DNA from: Hyphomicrobiaceae bacterium
Lineage (GTDB): Bacteria > Pseudomonadota > Alphaproteobacteria > Rhizobiales > JAKIUO01
Direction of reading: 5' to 3'
DNA length: 40,846 nucleotides
NCBI GenBank assembly: GCA_021647535.1
Contig: JAKIUO010000001.1
Span: 1-40,846 of the forward strand
The notes beneath the pieces are model-generated. The model saw only the letters and a list, made by a program, of their open reading frames with translations. It was not told where the DNA came from and did not search any database. Made by a program: the position numbers and the translations under genes. Positions 8,220-17,189 of the stretch are shown here, in pieces. The number at the start of each line of letters is the position of its first letter. The first letter of the stretch is position 1.

Positions 8220-8957
8220 ATGTTTGATTTGAGCGGCAAGGGCGCTTTGGTAACCGGAGCCACCGGCGGTATTGGTGGAGCCATCGCCAAAATGCTTCAT
8301 CAACAAGGGGCCAAGGTGGTACTCTCTGGCACGAGAGAAGAAAAACTCAAGGAGCTGGCTGATGAGTTGGGCGAAAACGCTTTTATCGCCCCATGCAACC
8401 TTATGGACCGAGAAGCCGTCAGCGGGCTCTATGCCAAAGCCGAAGAGCTGGCCGGGCAGATTGATATTGTTGTCAACAATGCCGGCATCACCAAAGACAA
8501 TCTGTTCCTGCGCATGAAAGACGCCGAGTGGGACGATGTCATCAATGTCAACCTGTCCTCGACCTTTGCCATTTGTCGAGGGGCTCTCAAAGGCATGATG
8601 CGCCGCCGCTATGGCCGCATCATCAATATGAGCTCCATCAGCGGCGTTGTTGGCAATCCCGGGCAAGGCAATTATTCAGCGTCCAAGGCGGGCATGATTG
8701 GCATGTCGAAAGCCATGGCCCGAGAGATCGCGCCGCGTGGCATCACCGTCAATTGTATTGCCCCTGGCTTCATCGAAACGCCTATGACTGATGAGCTCAA
8801 TGACAAACAAAAAGCGGCCATCACCCAGATGATTCCCGCCGGATCTCTGGGCCAGCCAGATGACATTGCCACAGCGGTTTTGTTCCTGGCCAGCGATGAA
8901 GCCTCATATATTACAGGGCAAACTCTCAATATAAATGGCGGCATGGCCATGATCTGA
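8220..8957 (+). CDS. fabG: 3-oxoacyl-ACP reductase FabG
   Basis: 245 aa SDR. Has TGATGGIGGAI, NNAGIT, the YSASKAG catalytic motif and the C-terminus TGQTLNINGGMAMI. Confidence 0.95.
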   Translation: MFDLSGKGALVTGATGGIGGAIAKMLHQQGAKVVLSGTREEKLKELADELGENAFIAPCNLMDREAVSGLYAKAEELAGQIDIVVNNAGITKDNLFLRMKDAEWDDVINVNLSSTFAICRGALKGMMRRRYGRIINMSSISGVVGNPGQGNYSASKAGMIGMSKAMAREIAPRGITVNCIAPGFIETPMTDELNDKQKAAITQMIPAGSLGQPDDIATAVLFLASDEASYITGQTLNINGGMAMI

Positions 8958-9221
8958 CCTTGACCTTAACCAAAATATGCGGGAATAAGTTAACAGGGGT
9001 GCCAATCCTGCGCCAATAGCTGCAAGGTCAGCGTCCCTGAAAAAGAAATAATCCGGGCTTGATCATGCTGACTTGTGATTGTGGAAGTTTTCAACAGAAA
9101 TGAAAAAGACTTTCACAATGCGAGCATTCATTGTATCAGCCCTTAAACGTGCGAATATCCATGGATCATCTAACGGTCTTATGGAACACATCTTACCGTT
9201 GAACCATAGCGAGGAAAGCAA

Positions 9222-9458
9222 ATGAGTGATATTTCTAACCGGGTTAAAAAGATCGTTGTTGAGCATTTGAGTGTTGAAGAAGCAAAAGTGGCTGATAATG
9301 CGAGCTTTATTGACGACCTTGGCGCCGACAGTCTTGATACGGTTGAGCTGGTTATGGCTTTTGAAGAAGAGTTTGGCTGCGAAATCCCTGATGATGCCGC
9401 TGAAACCATCCTCACCGTAGGCGATGCCGTCAAGTTCCTTGAAAAGAACGCAGCCTGA
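9222..9458 (+). CDS. acpP: Acyl carrier protein
   Basis: 78 aa. [20 protein letters not shown] carries the phosphopantetheine-attachment Ser. GAGGAAAG SD lies upstream. Confidence 0.97.
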   Translation: MSDISNRVKKIVVEHLSVEEAKVADNASFIDDLGADSLDTVELVMAFEEEFGCEIPDDAAETILTVGDAVKFLEKNAA

Positions 9459-9476
9459 ACCCTTTCAGTTTTTTTT
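9455..9476 (+). terminator. Weak intrinsic terminator or attenuator after acpP
   Basis: CTGAA-ccct-TTCAG (5-bp stem) overlaps the acpP stop and is followed directly by T8 at 9469-9476. Confidence 0.35.
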
Positions 9477-9590
9477 CCTGTCAGGCGGGAATATATGCAA
9501 GTTCATCACTTTTATTGAGATGATATTTGCCGTATACGCTCGCCAAAATTCCATATCTCTAAAGTCACGTCTGCGTAAAGGATGGGCATA

Positions 9591-10856
9591 ATGCGTCGAG
9601 TCGTCATAACTGGTCTTGGGCTTGTTACACCTCTGGCTTGCGGTGTTGAAGAAAGCTGGCAACGTTTGCTGTCAGGTGAAACAGGCATCAAAAAAATTGA
9701 TGATTTTAAGGTATCTGACTTGTCATGCCAGATTGCTGGCGTGATCCCCAAAGGAGATGGAAGCAAGGGAACGTTCAATCCTGATGATTGGATGCAGAAA
9801 AAAGACCAGCGCAAAGTCGATGACTTTATTATCTATGCGCTGGCGGCGGCCGATCAGGCTATTGCTGATGCTGATTACAAACCTGCCAATGACGATGAGG
9901 CTGCAAGAGCGGGCGTTCTCGTTGGTTCTGGTATCGGTGGGCTTCAGGGCATCGCCAGCACTTCTTTACTGTTGGAAGAAAAAGGTCCACGCCGCGTCAG
10001 CCCGTTTTTTATTCCCGGACGCCTGATCAATCTGGCAGGCGGTTATATTTCTATAAAACACGGCCTTAAAGGGCCAAATCATGCTGTTGTGACGGCCTGT
10101 TCTACCGGCACCCACGCAATTGGCGATGCGGCACGGCTGATTGCCCTTGATGATGCTGATGTAATGGTTGCTGGTGGCACAGAATCACCTGTTTGCCGAT
10201 TGGCAATCGCTGGTTTCGCCTCAGCCAAAGCGCTTTCAAAAGGCTTTAACGATGCGCCTGAAAAAGCCTCACGCCCTTATGATGAAGCACGTGATGGCTT
10301 TGTCATGGGAGAAGGCGCGGGTGCCATGGTGCTCGAAGAGCTCGAACATGCCAAAGCGCGCGGCGCTACTATTTATGGTGAAATCATCGGCTATGGCCTC
10401 TCTGGGGATGCTTTCCATATAACAGCACCAGCTGAAAGTGGTGATGGTGCCTATCGTTGTATGCAGGCCGCCATCAAACGCGCCCAGATCACTCCTTCCC
10501 AGATTGACTATGTAAACGCCCACGGCACCTCGACGCCAATGGGCGACGAAATCGAATTAAGAGCAGTTGAGCGTGTGTTTGGCGACGCAGCCAGCGATTT
10601 AACCATGTCATCAACCAAATCTGCTATTGGCCATTTGCTTGGTGCCGCCGGGGCCGTTGAAGCCGTTTTTTCAGCATTGGCTATCCGTGATAATGTTGCG
10701 CCGCCGACCCTTAATCTGGATAATCCTTCCGTGGAGAGTCCAATCGACTTGGTGCCCCACAAGAAAAAGGAGATGCAGATCGACACCGTCCTCAGCAATT
10801 CATTTGGATTTGGTGGCACCAATGCATCCATTATCATAAAAAGAGTACAAAGCTGA
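9591..10856 (+). CDS. fabF: 3-oxoacyl-ACP synthase II
   Basis: MRRVVITGLG start, ACSTGTHAIG (active Cys), NAHGTSTPMGD, GHLLGAAG and NSFGFGGTNAS. AAGGA at 9578-9582 overlaps the track ATG at 9582 and sits 8 nt before ATG 9591, so I prefer 9591. Confidence 0.94.
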   Translation: MRRVVITGLGLVTPLACGVEESWQRLLSGETGIKKIDDFKVSDLSCQIAGVIPKGDGSKGTFNPDDWMQKKDQRKVDDFIIYALAAADQAIADADYKPANDDEAARAGVLVGSGIGGLQGIASTSLLLEEKGPRRVSPFFIPGRLINLAGGYISIKHGLKGPNHAVVTACSTGTHAIGDAARLIALDDADVMVAGGTESPVCRLAIAGFASAKALSKGFNDAPEKASRPYDEARDGFVMGEGAGAMVLEELEHAKARGATIYGEIIGYGLSGDAFHITAPAESGDGAYRCMQAAIKRAQITPSQIDYVNAHGTSTPMGDEIELRAVERVFGDAASDLTMSSTKSAIGHLLGAAGAVEAVFSALAIRDNVAPPTLNLDNPSVESPIDLVPHKKKEMQIDTVLSNSFGFGGTNASIIIKRVQS

Positions 10857-10988
10857 CCGGCAGATGGCAAAAACTCTCGCTCTGGCCATATTCAATGTTA
10901 GTCTGTAAAATACACATCACAAAGTTTTTACACAAACGGCATCAAGGTTTGGGAGCTTTGCCAAAACTCCTTTGGCAATCATGAAAAT

Positions 10989-12338
10989 ATGACCAATCAT
11001 TCAGATAATGGCAACCGACCGCTTGTGCCACCACCTCTTCCCCCCGCCTATCACCCCGAGCAGCAGGGTACACCGACTTACGCGCCTCAGCAGGTTGTAG
11101 AAAACGACCCGCATCTGATGCGGATGCAGCACGAACAAATGGCTCGTGAACAACAGGCTGAATTTTTAAAACCTAAAAAACGTCCCAACCGCATTCTCAA
11201 ACTCATGCAGCTTTTTATGAGTCTAACGTTCTTTGCGGCCATCGGACTGGCTGGTTTTTTCATGTTTACGCGTCTGCAAATTGATAAACCTGGCCCCCTC
11301 GCCAAGGCGACCTTGTTTGAAGTTGGTAAAGGGCAGGGCCTCAGCATCATCTCGGCCCGCTTGCAAAAGCAGGGGATCATTCACAATAAGCGCATGTTTG
11401 CTCTGAATACCGTGGCCAATAAAGCCGCCAAGAAACTGAAAGCTGGAAAATTCCACATTCCGGCAAAAGCCAGCCTGCAAGACGTGCTTGATATTCTGGT
11501 GAGAGGACGGGCGATTTTTTACAAGGTGACGATCCCTGAAGGGCTAACCAGTCAGCAAGCTGTGCTTATTCTCAACAAACACCCCCAACTGAAAGGCACC
11601 ATCAACGCCATCCCCGCCGAAGGCAGCTTGATGCCCAATACCTATCAATTTGATACTGATACCGAACGCTCGGAAATATTGGCCAAAATGTCGAAAATGC
11701 AACAGGATTTTATCACCAAGCAGTGGCCGAACCGCCAAAAAGGCCTGCCCCTTAAATCAATGCAAGAAGCCCTTATTCTCGCGTCGATCGTTGAGAAGGA
11801 AACCGGGGTTGCAAGCGAACGCAAAAGAGTGGCCGGTGTCTTCATAAATCGCCTGAGAAAAGGCATGAAACTACAATCTGACCCCACCATTATCTATGGC
11901 CTGGTTGGTGGCAAAGGTAAGCTTGGACATCCCTTGCGTCTCAGCGAAATGAAGAAGAAAACAGGCTTTAATACCTACCAGATTGCTGGCCTGCCGCCAA
12001 CGCCAATCGCCAACCCCGGCAGTAAAGCCATCGAAGCGGTGCTCAACCCCGCCGATACCAAGGATCTGTACTTTGTTGCAGATGGCAGCGGTGGTCATGC
12101 TTTTGCACCCACATTAAAGCAACACAATATAAATGTCCGTGGCTGGCGCAAGATCGAAGCCAAAAAACGAGCAGAGAAAAAACGTCGGCAAGCTGCGCAA
12201 AAGAAACTGGCCGCACTGCAGAAAAAGGCCGGAAAAGCAGCCAAACCTGTGCCTGGTATTACTTTGACCAAAGCCACAAAATTGCAGACAACTGGCTGGC
12301 ATAATAAAATACCTCTTCCCACCAGAAAACCCCGTTAA
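10989..12338 (+). CDS. mltG: Endolytic murein transglycosylase MltG (YceG family), with N- and C-terminal extensions
   Basis: One TM helix (LMQLFMSLTFFAAIGLAGFFMF). Family motifs: KVTIPEGLTS, ILASIVEKE (catalytic Glu region), LQSDPTIIYG and YNTYQIAGLPPTPIANPG. The start codon is uncertain because no clear SD is present. Confidence 0.88.
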   Translation: MTNHSDNGNRPLVPPPLPPAYHPEQQGTPTYAPQQVVENDPHLMRMQHEQMAREQQAEFLKPKKRPNRILKLMQLFMSLTFFAAIGLAGFFMFTRLQIDKPGPLAKATLFEVGKGQGLSIISARLQKQGIIHNKRMFALNTVANKAAKKLKAGKFHIPAKASLQDVLDILVRGRAIFYKVTIPEGLTSQQAVLILNKHPQLKGTINAIPAEGSLMPNTYQFDTDTERSEILAKMSKMQQDFITKQWPNRQKGLPLKSMQEALILASIVEKETGVASERKRVAGVFINRLRKGMKLQSDPTIIYGLVGGKGKLGHPLRLSEMKKKTGFNTYQIAGLPPTPIANPGSKAIEAVLNPADTKDLYFVADGSGGHAFAPTLKQHNINVRGWRKIEAKKRAEKKRRQAAQKKLAALQKKAGKAAKPVPGITLTKATKLQTTGWHNKIPLPTRKPR

Positions 12339-12483
12339 ATTTCGTCGTTAATTTTTTCCATGCCCTAATCTTCCCCATACGTTGGCGCTCGCTATATGGC
12401 AAATCGTCAGATTTTATGCAATTGTCACACCGAGCTGCCTTTCTCTCACATGCCTTATCTCACATTCAGGGGAACATATTCAT

Positions 12484-13371
12484 ATGCCCATCAAAAGCAT
12501 GACCGGTTTTGCCAGAGGTGATGGTTCTATCGGACGCTATTCCTGGTTTTGGGAAGTCCGAACCGTAAATGGCCGAGGGCGCGATATACGGCTCCGTTTG
12601 CCTGCTGGCTATGACGAACTGGAAAGAAAAAGCCGCGCGCTGGTTGCAAACTATATCACTCGTGGAAACTGTAATATTACTTTGAAAATAGAAAGACTGA
12701 CGGGTGACCAGGTACTCAAAGTCAACGAAAATGCCCTGAAACAGGTTGCCCGTGCCATCCGTAAGGCAGAATTATTTGTCGAAGCCAGTGAAGCCAGCAT
12801 GGATGGCATTCTTGCCTTGCGCGGCGTGCTTGAAACGGTTGAACCAGAGCATGATCCGCAAGAGTTCGATGAGCTCAACAAGGCCGTTCTCGATAGTCTT
12901 ATTACAACACTTGAACAGGTCAAGCAGGCCAGAATTGACGAAGGCAAACATCTTTTCAATGCGATATCTACGCATATTGATGAGATTGAAACCAATGTCG
13001 AGCTGATCACACGTTCCAAATCAAGGTCTGCACAAGCCATTCGTACAAGACTTCAAGAGCAGGTGCAAAAACTACTGGATAGCGATGTTGGACTGAGCGA
13101 GGAGCGCCTGCATCAAGAAGCCGTACTTTTGGCGACAAAAGCAGATCTGGAAGAAGAAATTGTGCGGCTTCGTGCCCATATCGTCTCAGCACGCAGCCTA
13201 CTTGCTGAGGATGGGGCGGTCGGGCGAAAACTCGATTTTCTAGCCCAGGAATTCAATCGAGAAGCCAATACAATCTGCTCAAAATCAAACGCCATTGATG
13301 TCACCAATGCGGGCCTTGAACTAAAAACCGTCATTGATCAGATGAAAGAACAGGTGCAGAATATTGAATAA
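12484..13371 (+). CDS. yicC: YicC/YloC family endoribonuclease
   Basis: MPIKSMTGFARG N-terminus and KLDFLAQEFNREANTICSKS C-terminal signature. The start is moved to ATG 12484 (AGGGGA SD); the track start at 12382 is a TTG that adds 34 hydrophobic residues. Confidence 0.88.
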   Translation: MPIKSMTGFARGDGSIGRYSWFWEVRTVNGRGRDIRLRLPAGYDELERKSRALVANYITRGNCNITLKIERLTGDQVLKVNENALKQVARAIRKAELFVEASEASMDGILALRGVLETVEPEHDPQEFDELNKAVLDSLITTLEQVKQARIDEGKHLFNAISTHIDEIETNVELITRSKSRSAQAIRTRLQEQVQKLLDSDVGLSEERLHQEAVLLATKADLEEEIVRLRAHIVSARSLLAEDGAVGRKLDFLAQEFNREANTICSKSNAIDVTNAGLELKTVIDQMKEQVQNIE

Positions 13372-14011
13372 CCAGAAAATATCCGCAAAACGACAAGGTG
13401 TGATGCTTGTTGTATCTTCTCCATCTGGGGCCGGAAAAACAACATTGTGCAAAATGTTGCTTGAGCAACATGACGACCTCGTTATGTCTGTATCGGCTAC
13501 AACGAGGCCCCCAAGAGAAGGGGAAAAACACGGATCTGACTATTTTTTTATCAGTCCGGATGAATTTAAACATATGCAGGATGAGAACCTATTGCTTGAA
13601 TCGGCCGCTGTTTTTGGCAATCATTATGGAACACCGCGTGAGCCCGTAGAAAGAATATTGAACGAGGGCAAAGATATCTTGTTTGATATTGACTGGCAGG
13701 GCGCAGCACAGCTTTCTGCGGCATGTGGTGAGAATATTTGTAAGATATTCATTCTCCCGCCCTCAGGAAGAACGCTTGAAAAGCGCCTGACAGGCCGTGC
13801 TACAGATAGCTTTGAAGTCGTGGCAAAACGCATGTCTGCAGCTGCCCGCGAAATCGACCATTGGTCGCAATATGACTATGTTATTATAAATGATGACCTT
13901 GATATCGCCTGGAGCGAATTGAATGCCATCCTTGTCGCGGAGCGCCACAAAACAAATCGACTGGTTTTTCTGCCTGAATTTGTTCAAACCGTGCTTGATG
14001 AGCTCGAATGA
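13364..14011 (+). CDS. gmk: Guanylate kinase
   Basis: SSPSGAGKTT P-loop, SATTRPPREGE and DIDWQGA. The track start is a TTG overlapping the yicC stop, with AGGTG 7 nt upstream. Alternative starts are GTG 13400 and ATG 13403. Confidence 0.9.
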   Translation: MNNQKISAKRQGVMLVVSSPSGAGKTTLCKMLLEQHDDLVMSVSATTRPPREGEKHGSDYFFISPDEFKHMQDENLLLESAAVFGNHYGTPREPVERILNEGKDILFDIDWQGAAQLSAACGENICKIFILPPSGRTLEKRLTGRATDSFEVVAKRMSAAAREIDHWSQYDYVIINDDLDIAWSELNAILVAERHKTNRLVFLPEFVQTVLDELE

Positions 14012-14014
14012 AGC

Positions 14015-14863
14015 TCACGCTTTTTTCATTTGCTCATAACTGTTGGCCAATCGGGTAAAATCCTCAATCGAAAGCTGTTCTGCCCTTTTTCGCGGATCGA
14101 TCTGCGCACCTGCCAGCAATTCCAGAGGTTCTTTGCTGATCTGCTTGAGGGAGCTGCGCAGCATCTTACGCCTTTGCCCAAAGGCGGCAGCGCTCACAGC
14201 TTCCAGGTTTTCCAGTTGGCAGCGCTCCCCAACGGGATCAATAGGTTCAAAATGAACAACAGCCGAATCCACCTTGGGAGAAGGCGTAAAGGCCCGAGCT
14301 GGTAATTTCATGACGATTTCTGGTCGCGTTCGCCATTGCGAGATTACAGCAAGTCGGCCATAGGCTTTGCTACCAAAATCGGCACAAATCCGTAAGGCAA
14401 CTTCCTTTTGAAACATCAGGGTCATGGATTGATATAGCGGGGGCCAAGGCTGTACCCGCAACCAGTCTATGAGCAGTTTGGTCGCGATATTATAGGGCAG
14501 ATTTGCCACGATCCGAACGATGGGCGATAGATCGAGCTCATCGAGTTTAATACCAAGAGCATCTTTGTTTAGAACTTTCAATCGGCCAGGATAATGGTTG
14601 GATATTTCCTCAAGAGCTGGCAGACAACGGGCGTCCCGCTCGATAACAACGACTTTTTTTGCGCCCTCCATCAACAGAGCCCGCGTCAGCCCGCCGGGAC
14701 CTGGACCAATTTCAAGGACCGTTGCGTGCTCCAGATCACCCGCATAACGAGCGATGCGAGAGGTCAGGTTGAGGTCAAGTAAAAAGTTCTGACCAAGCGA
14801 TTTACGTGCCGCAAGACCATGAGTTTGAATGACATCTCGCAACGCAGGAAGGCCATCAGGCAT
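14015..14863 (-). CDS. rsmA: 16S rRNA (adenine1518/1519-N6)-dimethyltransferase
   Basis: [20 protein letters not shown] (SAM motif) and ANLPYNI. Canonical lptD-surA-pdxA-rsmA order. Confidence 0.95.
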   Translation of the reverse strand: MPDGLPALRDVIQTHGLAARKSLGQNFLLDLNLTSRIARYAGDLEHATVLEIGPGPGGLTRALLMEGAKKVVVIERDARCLPALEEISNHYPGRLKVLNKDALGIKLDELDLSPIVRIVANLPYNIATKLLIDWLRVQPWPPLYQSMTLMFQKEVALRICADFGSKAYGRLAVISQWRTRPEIVMKLPARAFTPSPKVDSAVVHFEPIDPVGERCQLENLEAVSAAAFGQRRKMLRSSLKQISKEPLELLAGAQIDPRKRAEQLSIEDFTRLANSYEQMKKA

Positions 14864-14864
14864 T

Positions 14865-15905
14865 TTATCTCGCCCCTTGCAGGTTGGCCGACATGGATTG
14901 GGCCAGCTTGATGGCCTCCATCAGGCTTTGCGGGTTAGCAAGCCCTTTGCCAGCAATATCATAAGCGGTTCCATGGTCAGGCGAGGTTCTGACAAAGGGT
15001 AAGCCAAGGGTTGTGTTGACCCCCTCATCAAAACCAAGCGTTTTGATCGGGATCAAGGCCTGATCGTGATACATGCCAAGGACAACATCATAGTTCTTTC
15101 GGGCCTTGGCATGAAACAGTGTGTCGGCTGGATGCGGCCCTGATATATTCAGGCCTTGCGTTTTCAACTCACATATTGCCGGTTCGATAATCTCGATTTC
15201 AGTTTTGCCCATAGAGCCGCTCTCTCCCGCATGAGGATTTAGACCAGCGACAGCGATATGGGGAGAGGACAGACCGAAATATTTTTTCATGTCAGCAGAT
15301 ATTATATGAGCCGTTTCCTCAATAATCTGCTTTGTAATCATTTTTGGGACATCTGCAAGCGGCACATGAATAGTAAGCGGAACAGTTCTCAATTGCGAGG
15401 AAACCAGCATCATAACTGGGCGGGATGCTGGCTCATTTCCTTGCATGGCAAGCTTGGCAAGATATTCTGTATGTCCAGGGAATTCAAACCCAGCCTGATA
15501 GAGCACATGCTTGTTTATCGGAGTGGTAACAAGGCTAGAGACCTGCTTGCTCTGCACGAGATCAACGGCTATTGAAATGGACTTTATGATCATCTCGCCA
15601 TTAGCAGGGTCGGGTTGACCTGGTATCGCCACGACCTGTTTGGGAAGCTCCAATATAGGCAATGCACGAGGAAAAACGGCAAAGGCTTCTTCTGGAGACT
15701 GGATTATTTCAAATGCAATCTTTTGTGAGGTCGAGGAATTATATTTCTCAAACAAAGAAGCGCGTGAGAGTACAAAAAAGGTTGACCTTCGCTCTTTTCT
15801 GGTTTCCCGCCAGGAAAGAGCTGAAATTTCTGTTGAAATACCGGCGGGGTCTCCCATTGTTATAGCAATAGGAAGTTCATTTCTTTGAGAGGTTTTGAAT
15901 GTCAT
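14865..15905 (-). CDS. pdxA: 4-hydroxythreonine-4-phosphate dehydrogenase
   Basis: 346 aa with [25 protein letters not shown] and [14 protein letters not shown]. Confidence 0.94.
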   Translation of the reverse strand: MTFKTSQRNELPIAITMGDPAGISTEISALSWRETRKERRSTFFVLSRASLFEKYNSSTSQKIAFEIIQSPEEAFAVFPRALPILELPKQVVAIPGQPDPANGEMIIKSISIAVDLVQSKQVSSLVTTPINKHVLYQAGFEFPGHTEYLAKLAMQGNEPASRPVMMLVSSQLRTVPLTIHVPLADVPKMITKQIIEETAHIISADMKKYFGLSSPHIAVAGLNPHAGESGSMGKTEIEIIEPAICELKTQGLNISGPHPADTLFHAKARKNYDVVLGMYHDQALIPIKTLGFDEGVNTTLGLPFVRTSPDHGTAYDIAGKGLANPQSLMEAIKLAQSMSANLQGAR

Positions 15906-15914
15906 GGTTTTGCG

Positions 15915-17018
15915 CTATCTGTATTCGATAGAAGCTTCTTGCCGTAAATCTTGCAAGTGTCTGCGAGCCAGAACCTCAAATTCCGCCTGCCGGAGCTTTT
16001 CTTTAACGGCTTTTCGCTTGGTCTTGTCAGCTACGCGCCGTTCCTTGCGATCACAAACGGCATAGAGCTCAACGCCAGATGAAGTTAGCGTAGGAGGTGT
16101 CAAATGGCCATTTTTTGTATGGGACAGATAGGCACGCATGGTATAGGGGAAGCTGTCTGATGGCTTTGAGCCTAAAGATTTCAGGCTAGCACCAGAGAGT
16201 TGACCGACCATTTCTTTGAGGCGACCACAAGAAGTTACTGCATTTCTCAGTTTTTCAGCCTTGATCAATTGTTCAGCTTTCACCTTGTCGCTTGCGCTTG
16301 AAGACACTTGCAGTCTGATGCGCTGAATTTTATAGATCGTTTTCATTTTTCCAGCCACATCTCCTTGAGTATTGATAAGGCGATCCACATCCTGGTCTCC
16401 AATATTGACCTGGAACTGGAATTTTCGTCGAACAACCCGCACCCACGAGCTTTTGGCTTTCATACGATTTCTAAACTCTCGAACAGGAATACCCATTCGG
16501 GTAAGAGATTTTGTAAATTCCTTACGTGTAAGTGTTTTGCCAGTTCTCTTGTTCTTATTTCTTGAGGCGATTATATCGAGCCGTGCATCGAGCTCCTCAT
16601 CGGTTAGGGCCACGCCAAGCTTACTTGCTTGTTGTAATTGGATGCGCTCGTTGATCAATTCTTTTAGAATTTTCTTCTTCAGGCGGCCTTTCATTGAGTT
16701 CTGAATATCACGCCGCAGCTTACCAACCAGTTTCTTCTGAAGTTTTTGCGCTTCTGCTCTACTTTGGGGCTGATAGTCCTGAACCATTTTTTGCCAGAGC
16801 TTTTGTGTGTTTTTTGATGAAAGTTTTTTCTTCAAACGAGCCACCAAATCCTTTGAGTTGGCAAGGTAAAGTTTAATTCTCATATCAACATCATGATTTG
16901 AGATGGGCTCATCATTCACCAGCGCAACAATAGAAGTGGTATTTTGGGCCATAGCTGTTGTGGCCAGAAAACACCAGCCAAAGAGAGCAATAGATAATAT
17001 TAAAAATCGACCGATCAT
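15915..17018 (-). CDS. surA: SurA-like periplasmic chaperone (SurA N-terminal domain plus an apparently degenerate parvulin-like region)
   Basis: Signal peptide MIGRFLILSIALFGWCFLATTAMA, then ALVNDEPISNHDVDMRI, which is typical of the SurA N domain. Positioned between lptD and pdxA. Confidence 0.8.
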   Translation of the reverse strand: MIGRFLILSIALFGWCFLATTAMAQNTTSIVALVNDEPISNHDVDMRIKLYLANSKDLVARLKKKLSSKNTQKLWQKMVQDYQPQSRAEAQKLQKKLVGKLRRDIQNSMKGRLKKKILKELINERIQLQQASKLGVALTDEELDARLDIIASRNKNKRTGKTLTRKEFTKSLTRMGIPVREFRNRMKAKSSWVRVVRRKFQFQVNIGDQDVDRLINTQGDVAGKMKTIYKIQRIRLQVSSSASDKVKAEQLIKAEKLRNAVTSCGRLKEMVGQLSGASLKSLGSKPSDSFPYTMRAYLSHTKNGHLTPPTLTSSGVELYAVCDRKERRVADKTKRKAVKEKLRQAEFEVLARRHLQDLRQEASIEYR

Positions 17019-17189
17019 GGGAGAGTGATGCCCTTATTTACATTGATGATTTTTAAAGTCAGTGAAATATGAACTCAACCAACTAAAACAAATCACATTT
17101 GTCGAATAGGAAGGGAAACCTCATCCAGGTTGAGAACAAAACAGCCCTTTGATAATTGATAACCAAAAACTGTGGCAATAGCTTGCTCT

